Source of the DNA: a virus
DNA length: 55,862 nt
Direction: 5' to 3' (one strand)
Virus record (IMG/VR): IMGVR_UViG_3300045988_011856
Span: 1 to 55,862 of that record
Numbering within the stretch: the first letter of the stretch is position 1; each line of letters starts with the position of its first letter. The position numbers were made by a program, and so were the translations under genes. Below the pieces are notes generated by a model. It saw only the letters and a list, made by a program, of their open reading frames with translations. It was not told the DNA's origin and ran no database searches. This document shows positions 7,200 through 16,519 of this stretch, piece after piece.

Positions 7200-7919
7200 C
7201 TATTGCTGACTCCATATTTCCTTATCAAGAATATATTGTCTGATAAATCTATCTGCGTACTGTGGGTGTATCATTGACCTTGCTGTTTTTTTATCTATAC
7301 CCAAGGGGTTTTTATTTGTAATATATTGTATTGGCGGCATACTTTCTACTTGTTCCAACGGTTCAAAAACAAGATTGTTTTTAGGATTTAATCCAATAAA
7401 CCAATACTGAGTGGGCTTCTTGTAATAATCCCCATTCTGTGTCCTATCCCTGTCAATTACACTTGGCTTCAAGCACCAGAAGTTTGTAAGGTAATGTAAT
7501 CCACTTGTATTCAATGGATTTTCAATTACAATTTGCAAATGACCTCGCTGACAAATTATCACTAATTTATTCAGCTTTTCATAAAACAAATCAAGTTCCT
7601 TATGCCGTTTCATTGCCAATTCACATTTTTGCTCAATAGTGTAATTCCTGTACTGATAAGCCGTGCAAGCCAGATGCCTCAATCACTGGTCTGAAAAATA
7701 AGTGCAAGGGAAAAATGCAAATATCAAATCATCAGGGCTTATCTTATCAAACAAACTCGGCTCACCTTGATACCCCCTATCAATTTCTTCGAAAAGGTCA
7801 GTAACATAGTCGGTTTCGTTAAATTCATTCTGAATATCATAGTCGTAGGCTTCAATTCCATACTTCTTGAAAGCGTTCTTGAATGTTCCTGACTGTTCAA
7901 ATAAACAATGTACTTTCAT
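7200..7919 (-). pseudogene. C5-cytosine DNA methyltransferase-like gene interrupted by one in-frame TGA (7683-7685)
   Basis: The 78-aa ORF (LFEQSGTF motif I-like, FFPCTYFS motif IV) and the 160-aa ORF (IVIENP motif VI) are in the same frame, separated only by TGA. Confidence 0.6.
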
Positions 7920-8593
7920 ACTGTATCTCCTATAAAATCACTTAATCTCATTTGTGCCATTTCGGTATCTAACCTCTGTTTTGACACCTTGTAATAGTAT
8001 TCGTCAAGCTCAAACCCGACAAATTTATGATTAGTGTTATAGCAAGCTATCAAGCTACTCGCACTGCCTACATGAGTATCAAGTATAATGTCATTAGGCT
8101 TTGCATATCTGCTTAATAACCATTCATATAGTGCAATGGGCTTCTGCGTTGGATGTATGCGATTTTCTTTACGCTTCATGTTTTGCTGAAGCATTCCAGC
8201 CCACCTATATTTAATTTGCCTTACTGCAGTACTGAACGAAGTCCATGCAAGCTCACAATCAGCAAAATCGTTATCTCCATTATCTTTATCCCAAACAATC
8301 CAACAACTACTATCAAACGGCATTTTGCTGATAAAATGATTTGCGCCCCATATAATTTGATTTTTTGAAACTCTAAAAAGTTCATCAAAGTATTTTTCGC
8401 TTGGTGGCTTTAAATCCATTCCACTAAAAGCCTTATAATTCTTTGCTCTCGCTAGTTTACCTCTTGTATGGTTTTTATCCCCATTTTCTCCAATTCCATA
8501 TGGTGGGTCTACAATCGCAAGGTCAAAATATTTGTCGGGAAATTCTTTCATCCCCTGCATACAATCCATGTTGTAATATCCAAAATCTAACAT
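7916..8593 (-). CDS. DNA N6-adenine/N4-cytosine methyltransferase (beta class)
   Basis: DPPY motif (IVDPPYGIG) precedes HPTQKP...DTHVGSASS. Confidence 0.85.
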   Translation of the reverse strand: MLDFGYYNMDCMQGMKEFPDKYFDLAIVDPPYGIGENGDKNHTRGKLARAKNYKAFSGMDLKPPSEKYFDELFRVSKNQIIWGANHFISKMPFDSSCWIVWDKDNGDNDFADCELAWTSFSTAVRQIKYRWAGMLQQNMKRKENRIHPTQKPIALYEWLLSRYAKPNDIILDTHVGSASSLIACYNTNHKFVGFELDEYYYKVSKQRLDTEMAQMRLSDFIGDTV

Positions 8594-8604
8594 TTTGCGC
8601 TCCT

Positions 8605-9447
8605 TTATATAAAATCACTTATATCCATTTGATTATCCTTTTCAAATACAAGCATTTCATTCTTTGCACGCTCGTAAAAGTTTCTGTCAATCTCGAATCC
8701 GTATGCACTTCTGCCAAGTTCTGCGGCGGCTCTTAGCGTGCTACCGCTACCGCAACAAGGGTCAATAACAACATCTCCCTCGTCTGTAAAAATCTCAATC
8801 AGCTTTTTAAGGACTGCTACGGGCTTTTGTGCCGGATGAATTTTCGGTATATCTTTTCCGTCTTTCTCCCAAGTAAACCAATTGAAAATCATGTGTCCTG
8901 TACCTCTGATATTCTTTCCGTTTTCATCAATTTGCAAGCCGTTTCTGAATTTCTGCAACTTATTTCGGTACAGTACGAGTGCATATTCCGTAGCACCAAC
9001 GATGCGCATATTCGCTTTAAGTACCTGTGGACTGTAATTTTTACAGAATACAAGCGGTATGTAATTAACAAATCCGTGTTTCTTCGCCGCCGCAATCAAT
9101 GTTGACAACTGCTCAAATGCGCAAAACACAATCATGCAAGGGCTATTACTACTTCTGCCCCTTGCGATAGGCTTTGTATCTTCTTTTTTCAACATCTTTG
9201 AACAGAAATGAAAATATTCATACAGATTGAAATTGAAATCCGAATTGAAGGCCGCCTTTTTCGCAAGTTTGCTCTCACCATTCTTGTTATCTCCACCGTT
9301 ATACCACATAGGGTTACTGCCATAGAAGTTGTTTCCGACATTATAAGGAACATCAGCTATAATCAACTGTGCTGGCGGTATTGCATATTTCTTGTAATTC
9401 TGCATAGAATCACGATAAATCTCACATTTAATCTTCTTTTTATACAT
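8605..9447 (-). CDS. DNA N6/N4 methyltransferase (beta class), second copy of different sequence
   Basis: ADVPYN motif precedes HPAQKP...IDPCCGSGST. Confidence 0.85.
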   Translation of the reverse strand: MYKKKIKCEIYRDSMQNYKKYAIPPAQLIIADVPYNVGNNFYGSNPMWYNGGDNKNGESKLAKKAAFNSDFNFNLYEYFHFCSKMLKKEDTKPIARGRSSNSPCMIVFCAFEQLSTLIAAAKKHGFVNYIPLVFCKNYSPQVLKANMRIVGATEYALVLYRNKLQKFRNGLQIDENGKNIRGTGHMIFNWFTWEKDGKDIPKIHPAQKPVAVLKKLIEIFTDEGDVVIDPCCGSGSTLRAAAELGRSAYGFEIDRNFYERAKNEMLVFEKDNQMDISDFI

Positions 9448-9513
9448 TCTAAATCTACCAAAAGGAAACCTCGGTTTTATGTCGCGACAACCTATTCCTT
9501 TCTTAGATTTTTC

Positions 9514-9681
9514 TTAGTTTTTCAAAACTTCTTTCATTGCATTAGCCATATCGCAGATACCCTTGATATAGTTAAATGCACCTATTATATATTCGTCTGA
9601 ATTTTCTCCATCAACAACGCCTGTTGTGGCAAAGTTGATTAGCCTTAATGCATTGTGATTTATTGCGTTTTCGTCAATCAC
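9514..9681 (-). CDS. possible small protein (55 aa, GTG start)
   Basis: GTG overlaps the upstream stop (TAGTG) and GGAG lies upstream. Below the track cutoff. Confidence 0.4.
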   Translation of the reverse strand: MIDENAINHNALRLINFATTGVVDGENSDEYIIGAFNYIKGICDMANAMKEVLKN

Positions 9682-9959
9682 TATTCTCCAACTCCTTTTC
9701 TTTCAAAGCTCTCGCAAGGAACATCAAGTAAACAACCACACTCCTCAATTTCTGTTGTCCCCCAATATGTCTTGTATCTGTAAGAATTTGCACAATTAAA
9801 GCAGAAGCTCTTTCCACTATTCATCTTGCAACTTGTCTTCTTATCCTCCAGCTTTTTCCCAAGGCTTTCATTTATTCTTTTGAGTTCTTCTACCTTTTCC
9901 TGTAGTTTCTCGCAATCATCATAGAGTTTATTGTATTTCTTCTTGCTTAAAATCTTCAC
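9681..9959 (-). CDS. hypothetical protein with coiled coil and Cys cluster
   Basis: Intact ORF. Contains CFNC...CGC...C motifs. Confidence 0.65.
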   Translation of the reverse strand: MKILSKKKYNKLYDDCEKLQEKVEELKRINESLGKKLEDKKTSCKMNSGKSFCFNCANSYRYKTYWGTTEIEECGCLLDVPCESFERKGVGE

Positions 9960-10168
9960 TCTGTTTCGCTCCTTTCAGTTCAAACTTAAATAACACATAA
10001 TTCCACAATCCGGCATAATCATTGCCACTACTGCTTTAGGCATCTTTGCACATCCTAGCATCTCAACTTAATCAATTATTTATATTTTTTGTAGTTGCAT
10101 TTACCGTTTCTACAACGGCATTTCCACCCAAAATCGCCCGAACCATTTCTGTGTTAAATAAAATCGGC

Positions 10169-10333
10169 TTAATTGCCATCTATCCACCTCCATCTAAAAT
10201 GAAATACTGCAAAATGAATCTGAATGTTGAAATTTTTATCAATCATTTCATGCTGTGTGCTTATCCTAATTGTCGGGAGAATATATACATCTTGTATATC
10301 AACCAGAAAGTCAAATCTGTCAAAATTAACCAT
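10169..10333 (-). CDS. possible small protein (54 aa)
   Basis: GGTGGAG upstream of ATG 10333. Confidence 0.35.
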   Translation of the reverse strand: MVNFDRFDFLVDIQDVYILPTIRISTQHEMIDKNFNIQIHFAVFHFRWRWIDGN

Positions 10334-10342
10334 CTACTCCAC

Positions 10343-10552
10343 CTACTTTCCCATCATGTCCGGAAACTCCTTCCATTCATAGGAAGTGACCTTATCTTTA
10401 AGTTCTTTATTCTCCTCTTTCAGTTTCTTATTGTCGGCTCTCAGCTTCGCATTGTCTGTCAAGACTTTCTGCAGCTTACACGTTTTTCTATATTCGCACC
10501 GAGAATGAATAGAGTACTCATTGCACATCCGGCATAATTCGATTCTAGTCAT
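10343..10552 (-). CDS. hypothetical protein (Cys pairs plus coiled coil)
   Basis: Intact ORF that overlaps the upstream gene end. Confidence 0.6.
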   Translation of the reverse strand: MTRIELCRMCNEYSIHSRCEYRKTCKLQKVLTDNAKLRADNKKLKEENKELKDKVTSYEWKEFPDMMGK

Positions 10553-10844
10553 CTACACCGCCACCTTTCACAATCTCGATCGCCTTTTCATAGGCTATAA
10601 GCATTCCTAATTCCTTTGGTTTATCATTTACAATATCATCAAGTACCCTATTTACTGGTACAAGGCTTTTCAGTTTTTCCAATTGCTCCACAACCTTATC
10701 CACATCATATGCGGTCGGTTGTTCATCAATCTTTTTTGCCAACGCATAGAACATATCCTCGCTGTTTCTTTGTGTAAGAAGAATATCCATAAACCATTGT
10801 TGATATAATTCTTTTTTCAATTCGTCTGCATCAATCAGTCTCAT
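10545..10844 (-). CDS. hypothetical protein
   Basis: Intact ORF. ATGA coupling with the upstream small ORF. Confidence 0.65.
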   Translation of the reverse strand: MRLIDADELKKELYQQWFMDILLTQRNSEDMFYALAKKIDEQPTAYDVDKVVEQLEKLKSLVPVNRVLDDIVNDKPKELGMLIAYEKAIEIVKGGGVDD

Positions 10845-11017
10845 CGTCCGCCCTCCTGTTCCAATCTTTCACAACATTCTTGACACACTCTTGCTATTAT
10901 TGCAGCCTCCGCATGATTAAAAGCGCAACTTTTTGCAAGCGTTGTCACAACGCCAATTATTTTTCTTGCATCAACTGTGCTTATTCTGTCGTTCTTGTCA
11001 AATTCTTCGACTGTCAT
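10841..11017 (-). CDS. hypothetical small protein (58 aa, MTVEEFDKNDR...)
   Basis: GGAGGTG upstream. Stop overlaps the next ATG. Confidence 0.55.
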   Translation of the reverse strand: MTVEEFDKNDRISTVDARKIIGVVTTLAKSCAFNHAEAAIIARVCQECCERLEQEGGR

Positions 11018-11019
11018 AG

Positions 11020-11400
11020 TTACACCTCCAACAATTTCGGATTGTCAAATTTATTGCCGATAACTTCTGCATTAACCATATTTGTCCAATAGCCTAAATC
11101 TTTTCTGTAATTTTTAGTGTACCTCCACGACCAATCTACATAAAATCCGATATGCTCTGCCTTTGTGCTATCAAAGCAGTTTTGATAACTGCCGTATTTG
11201 ATTTGCGCGCAAGCATCACTAAATACGTCTTTTACAATATCATTCTCCCAGATCAGTTTGCCATTCTTGTCTTTCAAGCCTGTGCATTGGCAGATGGTGG
11301 ATTTATCAATATCGACACCGTATAAACCGCTAAAGATGTTCCAAACAACCCATTCTCCATCATCAACTCTTTTAGCCTTAAATAAGTATCTATCTTCCAT
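11020..11400 (-). CDS. YopX-family phage protein
   Basis: MEDRYLFKAKRVDDGEWV...CTGLKDKNGKLIWENDIV is typical of YopX. Start follows AGGAGAG. Confidence 0.7.
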   Translation of the reverse strand: MEDRYLFKAKRVDDGEWVVWNIFSGLYGVDIDKSTICQCTGLKDKNGKLIWENDIVKDVFSDACAQIKYGSYQNCFDSTKAEHIGFYVDWSWRYTKNYRKDLGYWTNMVNAEVIGNKFDNPKLLEV

Positions 11401-11408
11401 ATTCTCTC

Positions 11409-11603
11409 CTATTCTGCTTCTGATTGAAGCCATTCTAAAATACAATCCTTGCAAGTTTTGTACGGTTTTTGGCATTTAATTCCCATCATAATTTCACATT
11501 TGATTACATACCAACTTGCTAACTCTTCATCCGACATATTTCTGATTCTGTCGGCATTGGTCTGCGGCTTTGCCATATTCTTCATACATTCAAGCATCGG
11601 CAT
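11409..11603 (-). CDS. hypothetical small protein
   Basis: Trimmed to an internal Met after GTGAGG. Confidence 0.5.
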   Translation of the reverse strand: MPMLECMKNMAKPQTNADRIRNMSDEELASWYVIKCEIMMGIKCQKPYKTCKDCILEWLQSEAE

Positions 11604-11988
11604 CCTCACTTTCTGCCAGCTTTGCCATTTTCCAATCGGTTGTATTACTGCAATCCGCGCTCCATGATGTTGCGCCATTTCCCCATGCATACACCGTGTT
11701 GTCCTCGTATTTTGCAAAATATCTCTTTCTCCACATTCTTTCTTCGCTATCTCTTACCAAAATCGGCGTATCGACTGCAACCTTGTTCCAATCAACCGGA
11801 GTCTCAACGTATTCACTGTTCGCCCACTCCTGCTTCGATACAATGCAATCATCGCGGTCGTAAAAAGCGCAACTCGTGCAACCTTGCACATCTGAGCAAG
11901 CACATATTTTTCCGCCCATCAAAGCAAATGTTTCATCTTTTAACGCAACGTCAACAATCTCTTTCGCGTATTTTTCTCTATTTAACAT
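11590..11988 (-). CDS. hypothetical protein
   Basis: Intact ORF. Confidence 0.65.
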   Translation of the reverse strand: MLNREKYAKEIVDVALKDETFALMGGKICACSDVQGCTSCAFYDRDDCIVSKQEWANSEYVETPVDWNKVAVDTPILVRDSEERMWRKRYFAKYEDNTVYAWGNGATSWSADCSNTTDWKMAKLAESEDADA

Positions 11989-12230
11989 TACACATCCTCC
12001 TTATCTAACCCAAATTCATCAATTATTAAGTTTATTCTTTGACCAATTCTTACAACCTCTTGTAGCAATATCCATATGTCTTGATCGTCTGGATATTTTT
12101 CGTACAACTTTTCCGTAAGCGTAAATATATTCCCTCTGCTACAAACCTTATATTCATTAGGCTTTGTGCAATTATAGTCCACATTGTATTTGCAATTTTT
12201 AAAATTACAAGTCGGCAAATCTACCCTCAT
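11988..12230 (-). CDS. hypothetical protein
   Basis: Trimmed to MRVDLPT after GGAGG. Confidence 0.6.
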   Translation of the reverse strand: MRVDLPTCNFKNCKYNVDYNCTKPNEYKVCSRGNIFTLTEKLYEKYPDDQDIWILLQEVVRIGQRINLIIDEFGLDKEDV

Positions 12231-12232
12231 AT

Positions 12233-12832
12233 TTACGCCTCCAAATCGCATACAAACTTAATCTCATCCGCCAAACTCTCAGCAATCATCGGTATGGTTA
12301 ATTGAAACTGCTTGTAATTCGCAAGCGTATCGATATAATCAACAAACTTATCCGAAAACTCCTGCAACTGTCCTCGCGTGAACTTGAACATCTTTTTCAG
12401 TGCCGTAAGAGTCAGTGCAAGATAGTTAAACATCGATGCACTAGAAAGCCTGTATGCTTCACGTTCAACACAATGTCCTTTCCATGCATACAACCGCATC
12501 AATTGACTTTGCGGCACTCTATTCACGATCGATGTAACATCCAAATCGTATTTTTCCTTAAGCATGAATGCCAAGGACGTTCCTTTCATATTCGAATCGT
12601 CAACAGATGCTTCGGAATATGCATTTACGGTTTGTTCAAGCCTTGCCATACGCTTCTGACCAAATCCAAACTTGTCATGCAGGATAATGTAACCAATCAC
12701 AAGATAATCCTTGTATGACTTGAATACGACCCTCTGTGTATTCCTCGTCTCAAAATCATTCCGACCGATGATAGTTGTATCTTTCTTCGTGAAAAATGTC
12801 GGTTTCTTTTTTCTCCTAAGTGCATTACTCAT
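12233..12832 (-). CDS. hypothetical protein
   Basis: Trimmed to MSNALRRKKK after GGAGAGGAGG. Confidence 0.65.
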   Translation of the reverse strand: MSNALRRKKKPTFFTKKDTTIIGRNDFETRNTQRVVFKSYKDYLVIGYIILHDKFGFGQKRMARLEQTVNAYSEASVDDSNMKGTSLAFMLKEKYDLDVTSIVNRVPQSQLMRLYAWKGHCVEREAYRLSSASMFNYLALTLTALKKMFKFTRGQLQEFSDKFVDYIDTLANYKQFQLTIPMIAESLADEIKFVCDLEA

Positions 12833-13083
12833 ACGATAACCTCCTCTCCGTGTCTGCCTTTGATGCAAGTGTTCCAAAATATACATCCAGGATCACACGT
12901 TTTGTTCTTCTCTCCGTAACTGCATTTTCTTCCGCTACCATAATCTGTAGGTGGAGTTTTAAATTTCTTATATGCTTTCGGATCTCTGTGCTCCGGTTTG
13001 GAATCTTGATAGTTCCGCATATCTTCAGATAATTGAATCCGAGATATCTCAAACCTCTTTTCCATACTACTTCTGTGCTTCAT
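12829..13083 (-). CDS. hypothetical protein
   Basis: ORF coupled to the downstream gene by an ATGA overlap. A second ORF in another frame (12825..13052) was rejected. Confidence 0.5.
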   Translation of the reverse strand: MKHRSSMEKRFEISRIQLSEDMRNYQDSKPEHRDPKAYKKFKTPPTDYGSGRKCSYGEKNKTCDPGCIFWNTCIKGRHGEEVIV

Positions 13084-13315
13084 CTATTGCCCTCATCCTT
13101 CGTTCTACGTCTGCGAAATGGTCAAAGATAAGTTCCTTGGCATATTCCGAGAATTCCATGCCGGAATACTTCTCGATAATGTTTTCGCCTGCCTGCATCA
13201 TCTCTTGATACCATTCATCGCAGTTATCCGCGTAATAATACTTCTGCCGGAATTGGTAATAATCAATAAAGAATTGCCATTCTTCCGAACCTTTTTCAAA
13301 TTTCTTACCTGCCAT
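13067..13315 (-). CDS. hypothetical protein
   Basis: Intact ORF directly downstream of dnaB. Confidence 0.6.
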   Translation of the reverse strand: MAGKKFEKGSEEWQFFIDYYQFRQKYYYADNCDEWYQEMMQAGENIIEKYSGMEFSEYAKELIFDHFADVERRMRAIDEAQK

Positions 13316-13323
13316 AATCTCTC

Positions 13324-14646
13324 CTAAAACGGACTAACAAAATCATCCATCGCATCATTGAACTCCGCCCGACTCTTTTCTTGTTGGATCGCTCTGCTTC
13401 TGTATTTTTCAAACGGCTCGTTCGATTCAATAAAAGTCATGTGATCTCCATCGAAATCAATGCCCTCTTTCATCAATTCGCCTTGTCTGCATTTGTCAAC
13501 CTTAAGTCCCTTATGCCTGCGATCTTCCGAAACATTCCAAAGCAATATAATGTTCGAAGCGTCCTGCTCAATATCTCCCGACTCTCTAAGGTCTGCCATT
13601 GTTGGCTCTTTGGTCTCTTTCATCTCCGATACTCGATTAAGCTGCGAGAGAAGAATAACCGGCACATGGAGTTCTCCGGCAAGCGCTTTGATGGATTTTG
13701 AAATATCTCCAACCTCAGATGATCTGTTTGCAAATTTACGATCAGCCTTGATAAGTTGCAGATAGTCAATGATAATTGCATCGTAGCTTTGATTTTTGCA
13801 AAGCACCTTGATTTCCGAAACTGTTTTTGATCCGGTTGAAATATCAACATCGTAATCAGATAACTCCTCATTGGCTTTTTTGAACGATTCTTCTTCTCCA
13901 CCCAAAAATGCCTTTGCCCTTCTGACGCGCGTAAGCGACAATTTAGCGAGCATTGACACGAAACGCTCATAAACCTGTGACTCATTCATTTCAAGGTTAA
14001 AATAGACCACTCTATTGCGTTTCCGAGCCATGTGATCGATTATGTTTGCTACAAACGCTGATTTTCCAACTGACGGTCTTGCTCCGACTACGGTTATGTC
14101 TCCTGCTTCTAACTGACCCAAACAATCATCAAGGTTGTAAAATCCGGTCTTGACTCCACCCTCTCCAACTTGGTCATTGAAATAGTTGTCCTTATTCTCT
14201 GTGACAATCTGTTTCATCGACTTAATGTTTGTCTGCTTATTGTCCTTAAGCAACTCGATCCTTGTAAGAATCGTTCCGATCGTATCATCAATATCACAAG
14301 GCTTAAGGCTAATGTGGTGGAACAGTGAAGCAACTTCTCTTGACCGGTACTCCTTAATGATGGTGTCGGCATAACTACCAATCATTACCGAAGTCGGTGC
14401 GCTTGTTAAGCAATCCCTAAGAACTGTGCTTATCTGTTCCGGATCATGCTTGTGATTCTCCATCGCCTGCGATAGCGACATGATATTCACGTTCTCGCCG
14501 CGATCATAGATAGCAAGAATCTGTTGATAAGCATCTTGGCAAAATTCCGTTGAAAACATATCCGGCTTAAGCTTGGTGTAAATCTTATCAAGGGAGTTGT
14601 TATCAATCAGCACACATCCGATTACTCCAAGTTCTGCTTCTGTCAT
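13324..14646 (-). CDS. dnaB: replicative DNA helicase (DnaB family)
   Basis: Walker A GARPSVGKSAF. IIIDYLQLIK. SEVGDISKSIKALAGELHVPVILLSQLNR. Confidence 0.9.
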   Translation of the reverse strand: MTEAELGVIGCVLIDNNSLDKIYTKLKPDMFSTEFCQDAYQQILAIYDRGENVNIMSLSQAMENHKHDPEQISTVLRDCLTSAPTSVMIGSYADTIIKEYRSREVASLFHHISLKPCDIDDTIGTILTRIELLKDNKQTNIKSMKQIVTENKDNYFNDQVGEGGVKTGFYNLDDCLGQLEAGDITVVGARPSVGKSAFVANIIDHMARKRNRVVYFNLEMNESQVYERFVSMLAKLSLTRVRRAKAFLGGEEESFKKANEELSDYDVDISTGSKTVSEIKVLCKNQSYDAIIIDYLQLIKADRKFANRSSEVGDISKSIKALAGELHVPVILLSQLNRVSEMKETKEPTMADLRESGDIEQDASNIILLWNVSEDRRHKGLKVDKCRQGELMKEGIDFDGDHMTFIESNEPFEKYRSRAIQQEKSRAEFNDAMDDFVSPF

Positions 14647-14649
14647 GCG

Positions 14650-15423
14650 CTATTCCCTCTTTTCTGCAAACTTAAGCCAATAATCACAATCGCTTTTCAA
14701 CCACTCGGCATACTTTGGAATGAATTTATACTCTGCATCATCTACGTGCTTTTTGCGGTAATCATCCAAATACATTGCCGTTGCGGTATAAATCAGTCTA
14801 GCAATATCTGGTCTGTTCTCTTCGATTACTCCAAGCAACTTATCCATCCAAGTTGTCTTGGCATTGGTATATGCGGTCTTTTTAGGATAGATGGCAAATG
14901 TCTGCTCAAATGCACTTTCAAAATCGAAAGGGAGAGGGACTTCTTCTTTCTTCTCTTTCTCTTCTCTTTTATCTATCTCTTTCTCTATCTCTGTGTCACT
15001 CATTGTCACACACTTGTCACAAAGTGACGTTTCCTTGTTTTCATTAAGAAGTTTTTCACGTTCTCTATGCTCCCTCATCCTGCTTGCACTCTCACATTCA
15101 CTTCCGGTCATGCTTTCACACTCAGTCAAAAGATATTCTTCTTCACTCAGCATTGTTAAGTGACCAATGGACATAAGAAAGCGAACTGTCACTCTAACAT
15201 TTTCTTCATCTTCGTCGATGTCGCTTGCTAATTCTTTGACAAAATCATCCTCGATGCCATCAAAGTAAAGCCTTCCATTATCTTTGAGAGACGATAAAAG
15301 CATCTTCAAATAAATGATTGTATATGTATCTCCTCCGGCAAGTTTGCGAAGCTTCTTGATAGGTTTTCCCCTAAAGAAATCAGTATTAAGTTTCAACCAA
15401 TAATATCTCTTACTCTTCGCCAT
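14650..15423 (-). CDS. phage replisome organizer / DnaD-like replication initiation protein
   Basis: The N-terminus MAKSKRYYWLKLNTDFFRGKPIKKL...GDTYTIIYLKMLL is the replisome-organizer N-domain signature. Iterons lie inside the gene. Confidence 0.8.
   Translation of the reverse strand: MAKSKRYYWLKLNTDFFRGKPIKKLRKLAGGDTYTIIYLKMLLSSLKDNGRLYFDGIEDDFVKELASDIDEDEENVRVTVRFLMSIGHLTMLSEEEYLLTECESMTGSECESASRMREHREREKLLNENKETSLCDKCVTMSDTEIEKEIDKREEKEKKEEVPLPFDFESAFEQTFAIYPKKTAYTNAKTTWMDKLLGVIEENRPDIARLIYTATAMYLDDYRKKHVDDAEYKFIPKYAEWLKSDCDYWLKFAEKRE
14977..15028. repeat. TGTCAC iterons (candidate ori) inside the replisome organizer gene
   Basis: TGTCAC at 14994, 15004 and 15015, plus an inverted GTGAC at 15024. 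Preceded by a CT-rich tract. Confidence 0.45.
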
Positions 15424-16024
15424 CTTTCGAACCCTCTTTCAACAATTCTTTAAATTTCTCAAACTGTTTCTCGGAAACCTTGTTGCCCTGCTTATCATCC
15501 CTAATCGCCACGACAAGGTGTTTTTCGATGATATGCGATAATTCCCTAGCCATATTGATTCTGCCTTGTTTAAGACCGTCTCTGTAGCCTTTGGTTGGGC
15601 GATAATCGGCAATCTGTGTTTTCCCCTCCCCTTGGCTACCGCTTGTTTTATTGCGAAGCTGATAACCTTTGTCTGCACAATACTTAATCCATCGTTGTTC
15701 TTCCTCGTTAAGTCTGTCTACAGGACAATGTTGAATGCAAACTCCCCATCCATGCGGATTATCCTCTGAATGCAGTCCGTGAGACTTCAAGCTAAGGTCT
15801 ATGTGCTGATACCCAGAAAGGTGTTGCGACAATCTGGTTAAAATACGCTTAGCCTGCCCAACATAGGCATATCTAAACCCGTTTTCGTCCTGTCTTGTCA
15901 AAATATATATTCCGCTTGATTCATCAAGCATTGGATTCAATTCAAGCCATTTCTTCTTGTTCTTGGCTTCAATCGCCTTTGCCTGCCGGAATTTCTGATA
16001 GTCCAACGCGATCCCTCCTTTCAA
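15410..16024 (-). CDS. GIY-YIG nuclease (free-standing homing-endonuclease-like)
   Basis: SGIYILT...YAYVGQAKRILTRLSQH...LRNKTSG. The start could instead be Met at 15931. Confidence 0.7.
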   Translation of the reverse strand: MKGGIALDYQKFRQAKAIEAKNKKKWLELNPMLDESSGIYILTRQDENGFRYAYVGQAKRILTRLSQHLSGYQHIDLSLKSHGLHSEDNPHGWGVCIQHCPVDRLNEEEQRWIKYCADKGYQLRNKTSGSQGEGKTQIADYRPTKGYRDGLKQGRINMARELSHIIEKHLVVAIRDDKQGNKVSEKQFEKFKELLKEGSKDGEE

Positions 16025-16370
16025 ACGGCTTCATGTTCTGCGCAGCTACATACTTTCCATAGCTGACACCACTTTTTCTAGCAGCCTTATTAACTTGATT
16101 TATTGTGTGGATTCTCTTTCTAGGCTTTCGAGCCTCAACGTCCTTATGTCTACCGTTTGGAGACGGTAAGCACTCAAAACAAAATTCCCTTTTGTCGCTC
16201 ATGGATCTAAAATTAAGACCGCATTTAGGGCAAGTTTTGTAATAAATCGTCTTGCCACGTCTTTCCATTGTGACTGAAAAATTCAGCCTATTGGTGCATC
16301 TTGAACTGCAATCCAACTGATTTTTATGCCTAGGTTCAAATTCCCTTCCGCAATATCTGCAAATACTCAT
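15969..16370 (-). CDS. zinc-ribbon protein
   Basis: Trimmed to MSICRYCGREF after AGAGG. Has CxxC pairs. Confidence 0.6.
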   Translation of the reverse strand: MSICRYCGREFEPRHKNQLDCSSRCTNRLNFSVTMERRGKTIYYKTCPKCGLNFRSMSDKREFCFECLPSPNGRHKDVEARKPRKRIHTINQVNKAARKSGVSYGKYVAAQNMKPFERRDRVGLSEIPAGKGD

Positions 16371-16519
16371 ATCCTTTACCTCTTTTGTTTTGGCGGCACG
16401 CAGGGGACGCACCGCCACGGTAACGAACGGCTTACAATAAGTTCTGTGATAACTATTCAAATTCGCCGTTTATGCGTTAGAATGGTTTCTTTCGCTTTTC
16501 AGCTGGTGTTTCAACCTAG

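Noticed and set aside
7683-7685. Genome-wide TGA reassignment (genetic code 4 or 25) as the reason for the in-frame TGA.
   Set aside because: TGA terminates several well-defined genes, including ATGA-coupled ones at 7916, 10841, 27265 and 52356. No suppressor tRNA (anticodon UCA) is present in the tRNA island.
10072-10179. A 35-aa ORF starting MAIKPILFNTEMVRAILGG, which resembles the N-terminus of ASCH/PUA-like phage proteins and so suggests a truncated or interrupted gene.
   Set aside because: None of the three downstream frames continues the expected sequence, and no intron-like structure or second exon could be found. It was left unannotated as a possible gene remnant.
12825-13052. A 75-aa ORF in a second frame overlapping 12829..13083.
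   Set aside because: Only one of the two can be real. The 84-aa frame is coupled to both neighbours by overlapping start and stop codons.
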